Part shown: positions 1 to 10,450 of the stretch, piece after piece | How the letters are laid out: each line of letters begins with the position of its first letter | How positions within the stretch are numbered: the first letter of the stretch is position 1 | DNA from: a virus | IMG/VR virus record: IMGVR_UViG_3300046777_001575 | Coordinates: 1-64,000 of that record | Strand: one strand, 5' to 3' | DNA: 64,000 bases | Notes under the pieces: model-generated | Seen by the model: only the letters and a program-made list of their open reading frames with translations | The model's database searches: none | What the model was told of the DNA's origin: nothing | Position numbers and translations under genes: made by a program

Positions 1-493
1 TACCTTTGCCAGATGCTTTTCTATATTCAAAACCTTCATTCATCATTGTTTTTATTTCACCAATGAGTTCTTCTCCTTGCCAATCAAGCATAACATCTCC
101 ATAGCCAAAAATTGGAGGATCCTCATGCTTGATCTTAAATTCTGTTGTAGACTCATTGTTATCGTCACGATAAATCTTAGCAACACCAGAGTTCATCATT
201 GCTGCCTGAATTCTTGCATGCGATAAAGTTCCAGCAGTCATATTTGCAGCAGCGTATGCATCTGCATTGTCTTCAAAAACTTGACCATCAAAAGCAAGAT
301 ACCAATATCTTGCACACTCTCCGTGCCCATAGGCAATTGTTGAAGGTGCAAATGTTTTCTTAGTTGTATGCTTGTCTACACGATTAATGGTATAGCCCTC
401 TTTAATTTTTGCTTCAAGAGCAGCAATGTCCATAGAGTGAACTGGTTTTTCTTCTTGCTTTATCATAACTGTATGTAGTAAATTTTTTGTCAT
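1..493 (-). CDS. Cas4-like / PD-(D/E)xK exonuclease (partial, runs off the window start)
   Basis: Not in ORF track. Manual translation from ATG at 493: MTKNLLHTVM...TFAPSTIAYGHGECARYWY...GTLSHARIQ...IFGYGDVML...LIGEIKT, matching phage Cas4-like nuclease motifs. Confidence 0.7.
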   Translation of the reverse strand, partial: MTKNLLHTVMIKQEEKPVHSMDIAALEAKIKEGYTINRVDKHTTKKTFAPSTIAYGHGECARYWYLAFDGQVFEDNADAYAAANMTAGTLSHARIQAAMMNSGVAKIYRDDNNESTTEFKIKHEDPPIFGYGDVMLDWQGEELIGEIKTMMNEGFEYRKASGKG

Positions 494-527
494 TATTTCT
501 CGTTTCTATTAGTATAAGTATAGCAGA

Positions 528-833
528 TTAGCGGGTGATATACTTTAGTGCAGAAACAAGATTATTGATAGACTCTGCTGCAGTATAATAAAGATTTTTC
601 TTGCCACGATCTGATTTGTCAACATTGGCCATCCAAGTTGCCTTGAAAGCCATCTTTGCTGCAATAGCCTGTAGTCTTACAATTTCTACAGTAGCAACAT
701 TTAGTGGAATATCTGGCTTAACAATTATTTTGGCAATAAATGTAAGCGCTGTGGTAAGTTCCTCATCTTGCATATAGTCTGCAATTTCTGCCAAACCATT
801 TACCATTTCAATGGTAGTATTTTCGTTTTGCAT
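528..833 (-). CDS. Hypothetical phage protein (helical)
   Basis: 101-aa ORF with AAGGAA RBS, inside the replication module. Confidence 0.6.
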   Translation of the reverse strand: MQNENTTIEMVNGLAEIADYMQDEELTTALTFIAKIIVKPDIPLNVATVEIVRLQAIAAKMAFKATWMANVDKSDRGKKNLYYTAAESINNLVSALKYITR

Positions 834-845
834 TTATTTCCTTTT

Positions 846-1538
846 TTAGTCGTTGTCGGTTGTGTTTGTTTTTTTAAGGTTGCTTTCTTTTGTAAAAAAG
901 TCTTCATTGTATTTTGCAAATATAGGATCTGCTTGCCAGCGCTTTAATCTTTCTTTTCTTTTTTCTGGATCACGAGCAGCAAAATTTAACTTTTCAAAAT
1001 CTTCTCTTGTTGAAAAGTGCATTGTTAAGACTTCTGTTTTATCTCCATCGTTAAACAAAACAGGCTCTCTCCAGTGTACTTGACCTGCGCCCCAAAATAC
1101 AAGCAGATCACCGTACTCAAGATTAAAACTTTCATTTTCAATTACTATTGGCCAATCAATATTTTTTTCTAACTGATAATCCATAGTTAGTTTAGAGAAA
1201 TAATTGTCTGAATCATAATGAACTGGTAATTTTGGATTTGATTCAGCGCTATGCTCTTTACTATAACTCAAGTAACTATTATGAGACATAAAAACATTTT
1301 CTCCAACTAAGTTGGAAGCAAAAACTTCAAGTTTTTTCTGGATTGTTGGTGGATACATCACCTCTATCTGCATTCTAGCCAACTCCCCTAAAACAAGTGG
1401 GGAATAAAAATTGCCTAGGTCTGTAGCAGCCTTTTGATATTTTATGATTGCTTTTATAACTTCTACTTCCTCATCAGTAAAAAAGTTTTTAATGATATGA
1501 GGAACTATCTTATTTTTTGGTTCATGTCCTGTGTTCAT
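846..1538 (-). CDS. Putative 2OG-Fe(II) oxygenase-like protein
   Basis: LPVHYD...DWPIVIE...LVFWGAGQVHWRE gives an HxD...H triad plus Arg. Start moved to ATG 1538, 6 nt after TATAAT. Confidence 0.65.
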   Translation of the reverse strand: MNTGHEPKNKIVPHIIKNFFTDEEVEVIKAIIKYQKAATDLGNFYSPLVLGELARMQIEVMYPPTIQKKLEVFASNLVGENVFMSHNSYLSYSKEHSAESNPKLPVHYDSDNYFSKLTMDYQLEKNIDWPIVIENESFNLEYGDLLVFWGAGQVHWREPVLFNDGDKTEVLTMHFSTREDFEKLNFAARDPEKRKERLKRWQADPIFAKYNEDFFTKESNLKKTNTTDND

Positions 1539-1545
1539 AATACTA

Positions 1546-1833
1546 TTATACACCATCCTCTAGAAGTTGTTCTAAAATACTCATTTCAATTATGGCAAGT
1601 CTAACCTTAGAGTTGCCCTCGCCCATAACTACAACTATGGCTGGGTCTTTTCCATTCTTTATAGCATCTGTAGTAGCCTTTGCCCAAACCTCTTTATTTA
1701 ATGTAAAAGACTTCCCAACTTCTTTAAAATCTACAACAAAGTTTTTCCAAGAAGCATCACCTTTTTGGGTATTGCGACCAGAGTTTTTGTGTTGTTTGGC
1801 ACCTATTCTATTGGACTCACTCTTTTCCGTCAA
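1546..1833 (-). CDS. Holliday junction resolvase (Hjc-like)
   Basis: E...GAKQHKNSGR..KGD...VVDFKE nuclease pattern; lies near the RecA-like gene. Confidence 0.65.
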   Translation of the reverse strand: MTEKSESNRIGAKQHKNSGRNTQKGDASWKNFVVDFKEVGKSFTLNKEVWAKATTDAIKNGKDPAIVVVMGEGNSKVRLAIIEMSILEQLLEDGV

Positions 1834-1993
1834 AATCGCTCTTCTTTCTTTTTCCTAAATAAACTTTCGTCAAATGCTTATCTTTACACATCCAACTTAA
1901 CATTTGCTGATCTGCATAACATCTCAATGTTGGAACAATTGCCTTACATGTATGACATACCCACTGGCCATGATAGATAGTGAAATTAGCCAC
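1817..1993 (-). CDS. Small zinc-ribbon protein, 58 aa (not in ORF track)
   Basis: GTG start overlaps the RecA stop. MANFTIYHGQWVCHTCKAIVPTLRCYADQQMLSWMCKDKHLTKVYLGKRKKSDFDGKE contains CxxC...CxxxH. Confidence 0.65.
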   Translation of the reverse strand: MANFTIYHGQWVCHTCKAIVPTLRCYADQQMLSWMCKDKHLTKVYLGKRKKSDFDGKE

Positions 1994-2996
1994 TTAGTCT
2001 AGTCTTGATTGATTCTTGCAAGTCAAGATCCTCTCTTACACGATTAACAAATGCTTCTTTACCCTGTACCTTTGTGCCGTCAGGAAGTATGTACCAGGCC
2101 CCTGTACGTTCTACAATACCATTCAGTTCTGCTGTAGTAACCAAATCACCAATGGTATCAAGACCAATGTTATCACCTCTGAAATAAAAATCGTACTCAC
2201 CAGACTGGAACCCTGGAGAGGTTTTTGAGAATTGAAGTTCCCACTTAATAGTTCTACCAATCTTTTCTTCAATTAATTTATCGCCCACTTTTATCTTTCC
2301 CTTAATTGCTTGATTGTCCGACTCTGAAGAAAAGAGTTTAATAATACATGAGGAATAAAACTTAGTAGCCTGACCACCAGAAGGCTGCTGGCTAGTATAC
2401 ATAGCATTGATATTGTTACGAGACTGAGAAATAAGAACAAGCAGAGTTGGCTTAACCTTATTGTTTGCATAGTTAAGCATTTTCCATGCGTTACTAAAGT
2501 CACGAGACTCTGCTCCAATCTGCTTTGTGTTTTCCAAAGCCTTCATTTCATCAGTGTCCTTTTCAAAATAAATTGCAGGAAGCATTGATGTAATAGAGTC
2601 TACCACAATTAAATCAACACCAGCATTCATAAGCCCAACGCCTACATCTACCATATCACTAATAGTTCTTGCTTGTGAATAGATTAGTTTTTCTGGGTCT
2701 ACCCCAAGTTGTCTAGCCCAATCTTCAGAGTATGACATTTCAGAGTCAATCCAAGCACACAACTTTCCTTCTGCTTGTGCCAATGCAATCATTTGTAGAC
2801 ACATAGAAGACTTTGCAGAAGATTTTGATCCCCAAATAAGAACCTGTCTTCCATAAGGCAGACCTCCGCCTAATGCACGGTTTAAACCAAAACTAGGTGT
2901 GGGCTGGTATTCATAGTTTACACCGACACCAGTTCCTAATCTCTTTCTCAACTTGGGATCAAGTTGGGCTAATGCTTCTTCTACGCTAACTGACAT
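1986..2996 (-). CDS. recA: RecA/UvsX-like recombinase
   Basis: LNRALGGGLPYGRQVLIWGSKSSAKS (Walker A variant), WIDSE, LIVVDS (Walker B), SQSR, GGQATKFY, GAWY. Confidence 0.9.
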   Translation of the reverse strand: MSVSVEEALAQLDPKLRKRLGTGVGVNYEYQPTPSFGLNRALGGGLPYGRQVLIWGSKSSAKSSMCLQMIALAQAEGKLCAWIDSEMSYSEDWARQLGVDPEKLIYSQARTISDMVDVGVGLMNAGVDLIVVDSITSMLPAIYFEKDTDEMKALENTKQIGAESRDFSNAWKMLNYANNKVKPTLLVLISQSRNNINAMYTSQQPSGGQATKFYSSCIIKLFSSESDNQAIKGKIKVGDKLIEEKIGRTIKWELQFSKTSPGFQSGEYDFYFRGDNIGLDTIGDLVTTAELNGIVERTGAWYILPDGTKVQGKEAFVNRVREDLDLQESIKTRLSG

Positions 2997-5900
2997 GTAC
3001 ATCCTCCAATGTTACTGTTCCGTCCTTAGTCTTTCCAAAATCAAATTTATAATATTTTCCCTCTTCAATATGCATATACGCTTTTGCAAATGATGTTGGA
3101 AATACTGTAATCGAGTGAAGATCTCTCTTAGTATCTGCAAGCGTAAGCGATGCCATCTTCTTACCAGTCTTAGTAACTCTTGGTTTAAATGAAACAACAA
3201 ACATTTCATCATCTTTATAAGGCAATTGCTTATAACTCAAGAACCTAACAAGGGCATGGGACGATTCCTTTATTTCGTCAGACGGTATGAAAGATACAAT
3301 CCTGTTATCATTACAAAGGACCAAGTAAGAACGACCCGTCTCAATAGTTGTATTTTCATCATCAAATATACCAACACTGCCAGTTTTGTCCAAAATTTCA
3401 ACTCGTGACCATCCTGTTCCTCGCTTAATCGATTTTACCATACCCATAAAAATGTATGAGCCCTTTTCTTCAAAGTCAACAATGTCCTGAATAAATGCAT
3501 AATAGTGAGAAGGAATTGTAATATTAAACTCTGGAAGGTTTAAGTATTCATATAGATTCTCTTTAATTTCTTGGTCATTTCTAGGATTGTCTGGAAATGT
3601 TGCTGCACCAATTGCTTTTAGTGCTTGTAGTGCACGAGAGTTTACTCCATTTCCTTTTGTAAAGGTAAATTCTTCAAGTTCTTTGTACGAACTGAATGGT
3701 CGTGCAGATATGTATCTTTCACCAATCTTGTCAGATATGAACTTGATAGCACTGAGTCCAAACCGAATACCTTTACCCTCAATTTTAAAATCGATATCCG
3801 AATCGTTAATGTGAGGTAACTTAATGCTAATGCCCATTCTTTTTGCTTCAATAAGATATTCAGTTCTTGCATCTTTATCCTTTTCATTTTTTAGCACTGA
3901 GTACATAAACTCAAGTGGATAATAATATTTTAACCATGCTGTCCAGTATGACAATGTTGAATATGCTACGGCATGTGACTTGTTGAATGAGTACCCTGCG
4001 TGAGCCTCAAAGTCATGCCATAAATCACGAGCAAGGTTGGGTGAAATAAACTTAGATGCACCCTCTACGAATTTTTCTTTAAACTGATCAAACTCTTTAG
4101 CATCTTTTTTCTTTCCAATGATTTTTCTAACTTTATCTGCTTCCGACATGGACATACCGCCAAGGTGTACGCATGCTTGCATAACTTGTTCCTGGTAAAG
4201 AATACAGCCATATGTGTCCTCCGTAAACTCTTTTAGTACTTGGTGAGTATAGGCAATGTTTTGACGACCATGCTTGCGATCAATATAATCTTTACCAATT
4301 GTATTCATCGCACCTGGACGAACAAGAGCATTTGATGCAGCAAGTTCTGCTAGATTTTTTACACCCATCTTTACAAGAAGGTTTGTGTATGGCGCTGCTT
4401 CACATTGAAACACGCCCTTTGTATATCCGTCTGATAACATCTGATATACATTTGCATCATCCATATTGATCTTAAGAAGATCAATTTTTTTACCATCTCG
4501 CTCTTTAATTATATCAATTGTATTCTTAAGAACAGACAAAGTTTTAAGACCTAAAGCATCAATCTTAATTAAGCCAATTCTTTCGGCTTCTTCCATATCA
4601 ACCCCAACAACAGGAATTCTTTCGTCTGATCCTGTAGAAGATCTTGTTTCAAGTGGTGCATACCTAAAGATTGGTTCCTTTGCAGTAACAACTCCAGCAG
4701 CATGGATACCAGTGCCACGGATACGTCCACGAAGTTGTTCTCCATAGACTTCAACTTCTGGATACTTCTCACGAAACTCGTATGTTGATTTTGCTGTACA
4801 AAAATCATCCCACGAATCTACGGTCTTTAAAACCTTATTAACATCTGACAAAGGAATATTTAATACTCGTGCAACATCTCTAACAATTCCTTTACCAGTA
4901 AACTCAAGGAAGGTAGCAATAGATGCAACATGTCGGTACTGTCTAACCAGATAGTCTTTTACTTCCTCACGACGAGTATCTTGAATGTCTGTATCAATAT
5001 CTGGAAAGTCATTGCGCTCTGGATTAATAAATCGGAAGAACAAAAGATTATGTTCAATAGGATCGATGTCTGTAATCTTTAATGCATAACAAACAAGAGA
5101 ACCAGCAGAAGAACCACGACCTGGACCAACCATAATTTCTTCCTTTTTGGCCCAGTTAATCATGTTACTTACAACAAGAAAGTATGGGGCAAACTTTTTA
5201 TCCTTAATAATTTGCAATTCTTCTTCAAGCCTATCAAGATATTCTTTATTCTCTGATAAGCCTCGTTCTGCCAAACCTTCCAAAGCAACCTTTGCAAGTT
5301 CTTTGTCAGGGCTTTTATATTGTACTGGAAGAAGGTTCAATCCTTCTTGAATTCCATAGTCCCCTACTGTATCTGCCAATAGGAGTGTGTTTGAATATAT
5401 ATCTGGTCTATCAATACCCTGCGCTTCCATGGCTGCTTTAATTTCTTCATATGAAAGAAGATGAATCTCAAACTTATTAAAAGACATCTGTCTGTCTTCA
5501 CCGTATAGGTAGTCAAGGCGCTCCATCATATTAGTTTTTTTCTTTGACTTTTCGTATGTGGCTTCTTTGTTAATCTTGCTATGTGTATTCATGAGTAACT
5601 TAAACTCTTGAATTTCTTTTTGTGACGGATCAACATGGTGGCAGTCTGGAGTGACAATGACATTAATGCCAAACTCATCTGCAAGTTCAATTAAATATTT
5701 ATTAATGTGTGCTTCATTATGAGGCATAACCTCAATGTAGTAGTCGTCATTAAAGCGTTCTTTGAACCAAGAAATATACTTCTTAGCAAGAGCAAATTCC
5801 TCTTCCTCTAGTGCTTTAACTAAAACACTACTTGGACATGCAGAAGAAACAATAATTCCCTCTTTATACTTTTCTAATATACTAAAATCAAATCTTGGCT

Positions 5901-6261
5901 TCTTAAAGAAGCCATCTGTCCAAGATAGTTCACTAATCTTGTTTAAGTTTTCCAAACCAATTTGATTCTTGGCTAGAAGGATAATGTGATTGTAGACAAG
6001 ATCTTGTTGACCTTCTCTTTCAGACTTATCTCGTGTATCAGATATGTCTGCACACATGTATCCTTCTAGACCTAGAATTGGCTTAATGCCCTTTGCTTTT
6101 GCAATACGGTGCAGTTCCCTATGCCCAGATAAAGTACCGTGGTCAGTGATGGCAATCGCTGGCATCCCTAACTCAACTGCACGGTTCACGTATTCTTCTG
6201 GAGTAGCAACACCATCAAATAATGAATAGTGTGTATGGACATGTAAGCCTACGTAGTTCAT
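2986..6261 (-). CDS. dnaE: DNA polymerase III alpha subunit (family C)
   Basis: PHP motifs HVHTHYSLFDG and AITDHG; GPGRGSSAGSLV, PDIDTD, GIHAAGVV, KIDALGL, YSFNKSHA. Confidence 0.97.
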   Translation of the reverse strand: MNYVGLHVHTHYSLFDGVATPEEYVNRAVELGMPAIAITDHGTLSGHRELHRIAKAKGIKPILGLEGYMCADISDTRDKSEREGQQDLVYNHIILLAKNQIGLENLNKISELSWTDGFFKKPRFDFSILEKYKEGIIVSSACPSSVLVKALEEEEFALAKKYISWFKERFNDDYYIEVMPHNEAHINKYLIELADEFGINVIVTPDCHHVDPSQKEIQEFKLLMNTHSKINKEATYEKSKKKTNMMERLDYLYGEDRQMSFNKFEIHLLSYEEIKAAMEAQGIDRPDIYSNTLLLADTVGDYGIQEGLNLLPVQYKSPDKELAKVALEGLAERGLSENKEYLDRLEEELQIIKDKKFAPYFLVVSNMINWAKKEEIMVGPGRGSSAGSLVCYALKITDIDPIEHNLLFFRFINPERNDFPDIDTDIQDTRREEVKDYLVRQYRHVASIATFLEFTGKGIVRDVARVLNIPLSDVNKVLKTVDSWDDFCTAKSTYEFREKYPEVEVYGEQLRGRIRGTGIHAAGVVTAKEPIFRYAPLETRSSTGSDERIPVVGVDMEEAERIGLIKIDALGLKTLSVLKNTIDIIKERDGKKIDLLKINMDDANVYQMLSDGYTKGVFQCEAAPYTNLLVKMGVKNLAELAASNALVRPGAMNTIGKDYIDRKHGRQNIAYTHQVLKEFTEDTYGCILYQEQVMQACVHLGGMSMSEADKVRKIIGKKKDAKEFDQFKEKFVEGASKFISPNLARDLWHDFEAHAGYSFNKSHAVAYSTLSYWTAWLKYYYPLEFMYSVLKNEKDKDARTEYLIEAKRMGISIKLPHINDSDIDFKIEGKGIRFGLSAIKFISDKIGERYISARPFSSYKELEEFTFTKGNGVNSRALQALKAIGAATFPDNPRNDQEIKENLYEYLNLPEFNITIPSHYYAFIQDIVDFEEKGSYIFMGMVKSIKRGTGWSRVEILDKTGSVGIFDDENTTIETGRSYLVLCNDNRIVSFIPSDEIKESSHALVRFLSYKQLPYKDDEMFVVSFKPRVTKTGKKMASLTLADTKRDLHSITVFPTSFAKAYMHIEEGKYYKFDFGKTKDGTVTLEDVHVS

Positions 6262-6262
6262 A

Positions 6263-6919
6263 TTACCAATCAGCGTTGGTAGATGAAGTTACGGATGGGC
6301 CATCAAAACCCAAATAGTATGCTTCTTGTTCAGCATAAGGAATCTTCTTTAGTGCTGACTCAAGTGGGTAAGGCTTAATATCTCCCCAAGCAAATGGCTC
6401 CTTATCTGGAGCAGATGGAATAAGAGTGTAATTAGTTTCAGTTCCCTGACCATTACGCTTTAACTTCCATACTACGTTTGAGATGCTTCCTGTTTCAAGT
6501 GCATACTCACGAATTGTATTAAATGATGACTGCTTGCTGATACCCATTGACCAGATAGCAACATATGGTGCTTCAATACCGTCATCAACTAGGACGTTGC
6601 AGTAAAAGCGAAGACGGCCACGCCATCCAGCCTTTGGATCTTTTCTGTGCATTTCTTCTGCCCAGTCACGACCTTCTGTGTCCATTGTGTCTACAGCCTT
6701 GCGCTTATAGTCCTTTGGATTTACGTGTTCCTTTACAACAAGTGCAAGACCACGATCTGCACTATAGTTTGCAGAGTCTTCATCAAGTTCTTCAATGAAC
6801 CTAATCTTTACCGATTGTCCATCAGCAAGTTTTAGCCACTTAACCTTTGGACCATCATTTTCATACTTTGGCTTATCGAGCAGGGCGTTAATGTTTTTTA
6901 GTCCCTTTACTACGCTCAT
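6263..6919 (-). CDS. Single-stranded DNA-binding protein (gp32-like, putative)
   Basis: Lies between primase and polymerase; KLADGQSVKIRF, KRNGQGTETNYTL, short acidic/aromatic C-terminus; strong AAGGAG RBS. Confidence 0.65.
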   Translation of the reverse strand: MSVVKGLKNINALLDKPKYENDGPKVKWLKLADGQSVKIRFIEELDEDSANYSADRGLALVVKEHVNPKDYKRKAVDTMDTEGRDWAEEMHRKDPKAGWRGRLRFYCNVLVDDGIEAPYVAIWSMGISKQSSFNTIREYALETGSISNVVWKLKRNGQGTETNYTLIPSAPDKEPFAWGDIKPYPLESALKKIPYAEQEAYYLGFDGPSVTSSTNADW

Positions 6920-6942
6920 ATTATTCTCCTTTGTTTGTTATA

Positions 6943-7887
6943 TTAGTTTAGCATAAGAGATATAGATTTGTCAAACTGAAATTCTAACTTAGCAAGTTCT
7001 TCGTCTGACATATCGCCTATATCTTTATATTGTTTGTTTAATGTAATAACGGAAACACGACTAGAAAGTTTTGTGACTATCCTATCTTTCATGTTTCCTC
7101 CTGCCTCATCGTTATCTGCAACAACAATAATGTTATTGAAATACTTCTGAAGCAATTCTATTTGTGTGCTGGATACATTTGCACCAAGTGTTGCAACGGC
7201 TGGAAGACCGACCTGATCAAGTCTAATAGCGTCAAATGAAGACTCCACTACATAGACTCTATCTGATTTCTTTACACGATGTAAATTAAAAAGGGTCTTG
7301 CTTTTTGGAAGCCCTGGAGTATTTTTAAAGTCTTTACCCTCAATAGATCTTCCAACAAACCCCAAAGGTATTCCGTCTGGACTATGAACTGGAACAGTAA
7401 CCATATCCTGTTTATCCGAATATCCCAAAGAAAATTTAATGCATGATGGCTTTATAATTTTCCTATATGCAAAATAGTTTTTTGCCCTTTCAGAACTAAC
7501 TAAATTATTGTGTAGCCTTTTAATAATTAGTTCATCAAATGGCTTGTATGTTTCTTCTTTTATAAGAACACGATCAATTTCTACAGCAATATTACTTTCT
7601 TTTTTCTTACTATTAATAAATCTGGCAGCCTCAAAATATGTTCTTCCAGAAGTATGCATCACTAGTTCTGTAAGGTCTGCAGATTTTTGACAAGAAAAAC
7701 AAAAAAACATTCCGCTATCCTTTTGTACTTCACCCGCTGGTGTTCTATGATTATTATGAAATGGACAAAAGATCATAAAGTCTGCATCAAGTTCAGACTC
7801 TATTGTTATACCAGATCCTGTAAGGACTCGCTTGACTTGTTCTGCGGAATAAGTATTGGATTGGTTCCGTCTATTCCTGCTATCCAT
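6943..7887 (-). CDS. DNA primase (zinc finger + TOPRIM)
   Basis: CPFH...CFSC zinc finger; VVESSFDA and ADNDEAG TOPRIM motifs; KDIGD. Confidence 0.92.
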   Translation of the reverse strand: MDSRNRRNQSNTYSAEQVKRVLTGSGITIESELDADFMIFCPFHNNHRTPAGEVQKDSGMFFCFSCQKSADLTELVMHTSGRTYFEAARFINSKKKESNIAVEIDRVLIKEETYKPFDELIIKRLHNNLVSSERAKNYFAYRKIIKPSCIKFSLGYSDKQDMVTVPVHSPDGIPLGFVGRSIEGKDFKNTPGLPKSKTLFNLHRVKKSDRVYVVESSFDAIRLDQVGLPAVATLGANVSSTQIELLQKYFNNIIVVADNDEAGGNMKDRIVTKLSSRVSVITLNKQYKDIGDMSDEELAKLEFQFDKSISLMLN

Positions 7888-8150
7888 TCGCTCTTCCTTT
7901 TCCCTGCGTAAACTGCATGTATCGATAATTCAAATTCAAAAAAGTTCTTTATCTCATTATACCTTATAGTGAAATCTGGGTCAAGATCAATTCTTGGAAC
8001 ATACCCACTTAATCTCATTTCTGATATTAATAATCTTATATACTCCTCTTTAAGCCTTCCGATCATTGAGTCGTCATAAATTATTCCGTCAAGGCAAAAG
8101 CGCTTAATTGACTTATGATGATATGAGCCATTGGCACCTTTTTTTGACAT
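7806..8150 (-). CDS. Hypothetical protein
   Basis: 114-aa ORF between helicase and primase; TATAAT lies 5 nt upstream of the ATG. Confidence 0.55.
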   Translation of the reverse strand: MSKKGANGSYHHKSIKRFCLDGIIYDDSMIGRLKEEYIRLLISEMRLSGYVPRIDLDPDFTIRYNEIKNFFEFELSIHAVYAGKRKSEWIAGIDGTNPILIPQNKSSESLQDLV

Positions 8151-8162
8151 ACCATATTATAA

Positions 8163-9383
8163 CTACTTATCTTCAAAATCTTTATACCTGTAATATCCCT
8201 TATCAAAATCGCACTGAACTAAGAAATCACCCATAAAGCCGTTACGATTCTTACGAAATGCACATTCAATGATATCGCTATTAGTTCCACGACCCAATGC
8301 AAGCACCCAGTCAGCATCATAAGCAATCTGTCTAGACCATGCCGTTTGACCCAATGTAGGTACTGTAGATAGATCGTTAACATCATCTGGGGTAGCAGAT
8401 GAAATAGCAATAATTGGAACTTCTTCGCTAATAGCCATAAGTTTAAGTTCACGAGAAAGATTCTTCATTCGCACTGTTTCATTATCTGACTTTTGATTAG
8501 GAGCCATCAACTGAAGGTAGTCTACGATTACAAAGTCTGGCTTATATTGATCAATCTTTCCACGAAGAACTGATGGGTTTATCTCACCACCACTATCATT
8601 TGAGATAATGTGAAATTCTGATTTGCCAGCAAGATTCTTTGCATGCCAATCTTTTAACATGTCAATTTCAATCTCACCATTGCTAATTTTTCTATGAGAC
8701 CAACGACCTTCACCCATAATTGTAAATACACGATTGCGTACCTCAGTCTCTGACATTTCAAGAGAAATCACCATTGGAGACTTTCCTTGTTTCCATGCCT
8801 GAACAGCAAAGTAAAGAGCAAGCCATGACTTACCAATTCCTGGGTATGCAAGAAAGACCCCAAGTTGTCCAGGCATAATTCCAGAAGGTAAATAGTTATC
8901 GAATCCTGGAAGTCCTGTTTTAATTCCAGCAAGTCCTAGTGACTGCTGCTTCTTGACATTTTCAAAGTAAGCAATTGCAGACTCAAGATCTGTTACATCG
9001 ATATCACGAATTGCTGCAGTATTCTTTTTTAATTCTGAAGTTTTTGTAATTAGGTCATTAAGAGCGACTGTCCCGTTATTATTCTGAATCTCAGAGGCTG
9101 CGGACCGAAGAATATCTTTTAGGCTATCTGTTAGATACTCACCTTGTAGTTCTTCTAGGTGGTGCTTTGTTGCACCAACGCCCTGTACTGGCTCAAAATC
9201 TCTAAATTTTTCAGTAACTAGTTCTGCTGGAGGAAGGACAGAGTTGTTTTCAAAATATAGCCTGACAAAGTTCCAGATATCTCCATGAGTACGTAGTAGG
9301 TTGTCTACATTTGCCTGAAGAAGAACATGGATCTGTTTATCTTGCAAAACAGCAGTTAATAGTTTTGCTTCTGTATTATTCAC
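8163..9383 (-). CDS. dnaB: DnaB-like replicative helicase
   Basis: AYPGIGKS Walker A, ISLEMSE, VIVDYLQLM, SRELKLMA, IAYDAD, KNRNG. Confidence 0.93.
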   Translation of the reverse strand: MNNTEAKLLTAVLQDKQIHVLLQANVDNLLRTHGDIWNFVRLYFENNSVLPPAELVTEKFRDFEPVQGVGATKHHLEELQGEYLTDSLKDILRSAASEIQNNNGTVALNDLITKTSELKKNTAAIRDIDVTDLESAIAYFENVKKQQSLGLAGIKTGLPGFDNYLPSGIMPGQLGVFLAYPGIGKSWLALYFAVQAWKQGKSPMVISLEMSETEVRNRVFTIMGEGRWSHRKISNGEIEIDMLKDWHAKNLAGKSEFHIISNDSGGEINPSVLRGKIDQYKPDFVIVDYLQLMAPNQKSDNETVRMKNLSRELKLMAISEEVPIIAISSATPDDVNDLSTVPTLGQTAWSRQIAYDADWVLALGRGTNSDIIECAFRKNRNGFMGDFLVQCDFDKGYYRYKDFEDK

Positions 9384-9684
9384 TCAACCACTCCTTAGCC
9401 ATTCTTCTACGCTCTACTCTTTCTTTATCGTCTTGCTGCTTATCTAATCTTGCTTGTAATATTTTTTCTGTATTGTACGCAAAGTAATTCCAAGAAGGAG
9501 ACTGAGCAACACTAAAGTAATACTCCAAAAGATCATAACATGCTCCTATTCCATACGACTCAATTAGTGCATCTGAAGCCCATTGCTCTACGTTAAGGTT
9601 TAAAGATGGCTTTTGTTCATACTTTGCAGTATGGTGCTTGCTATATCTTGAAAGCAAAGCCATACGGTCTTTGCGTTCAGCCAT
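9376..9684 (-). CDS. Hypothetical protein (possible helicase loader)
   Basis: Overlaps the helicase start; function inferred from position only. Confidence 0.5.
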   Translation of the reverse strand: MAERKDRMALLSRYSKHHTAKYEQKPSLNLNVEQWASDALIESYGIGACYDLLEYYFSVAQSPSWNYFAYNTEKILQARLDKQQDDKERVERRRMAKEWLSE

Positions 9685-9893
9685 TACTTCTCTTCAGCCT
9701 CACTTTGTGCTTCAAGAATTTTTGATGTTAGTTTATCTTCAACAAACTTATACACACGCTCAAAAGCCTGTTCTGTATTCTCTCCATCACGCTTTGAGTC
9801 TACAACACCAAGGTCTAGCCTTAGTGATTGAAAATTTCCTAGATTAAGTGTGTATCCAAGTGTTACAGATACCTTTGTTGGTTCATTTTCCAT
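9684..9893 (-). CDS. Hypothetical phage protein
   Basis: KVSVTLGYTLNLGNFQSLRLD...FERVYKFVE; start likely MENEPT. Confidence 0.55.
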   Translation of the reverse strand: MENEPTKVSVTLGYTLNLGNFQSLRLDLGVVDSKRDGENTEQAFERVYKFVEDKLTSKILEAQSEAEEK

Positions 9894-9907
9894 TTCTATA
9901 CCCTTCA

Positions 9908-10450
9908 CTAAATAGATTCATTCCAAATTGGAACAAACCGACCATCTTCTGTTTTCCTATATGTAAGTATACCATCGCCCATTCTGCGTGTCAACTCTTG
10001 CCTAGTAGGAGTAATATCATTTGTAATTAATTTATCTTTTCTTGGTCTTCCAATATGGTATGTAGCAAGTATATCACGAATCTCTCTGACTTGCGATTCA
10101 GAGTAATACGATCTTACCTGAAAGCCTCTAGCGCCACCCTTTTGAGAACCCGTAGGGAATGGAATGATTCCTCTTTTCATTAGTGATGGCATATACTTTT
10201 TATGACGATTAACTAATTCAGCAGTCTGACCGACGGTATAAGCCCTTTCTCTCTTATTTTTAAAATCACTAATTAAACAACTTTCAATTTGATCCTTAGT
10301 AATATTATAAACAGACATTATTCCATTAGAATGATTATAATGATGAATTCGAACAAGGCTCCCATTAAGAAACCAAACCTTTTTATTACCTGGTATTACA
10401 GGTGACTCATTGTATTTTTCGCTCTCAATAGTTCCCTTTTTAGTAACCAT
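9908..10450 (-). CDS. HTH (MerR-like) DNA-binding protein
   Basis: YTVGQTAELVNRH...LMKRGIIP...RSYYSESQV resembles a MerR/excisionase winged HTH. Confidence 0.6.
   Translation of the reverse strand: MVTKKGTIESEKYNESPVIPGNKKVWFLNGSLVRIHHYNHSNGIMSVYNITKDQIESCLISDFKNKRERAYTVGQTAELVNRHKKYMPSLMKRGIIPFPTGSQKGGARGFQVRSYYSESQVREIRDILATYHIGRPRKDKLITNDITPTRQELTRRMGDGILTYRKTEDGRFVPIWNESI

Noticed and set aside
1-493. CRISPR-Cas system suggested by the Cas4-like gene
   Set aside because: No other cas genes and no repeat-spacer array; stand-alone Cas4-like nucleases are common in phage recombination modules.
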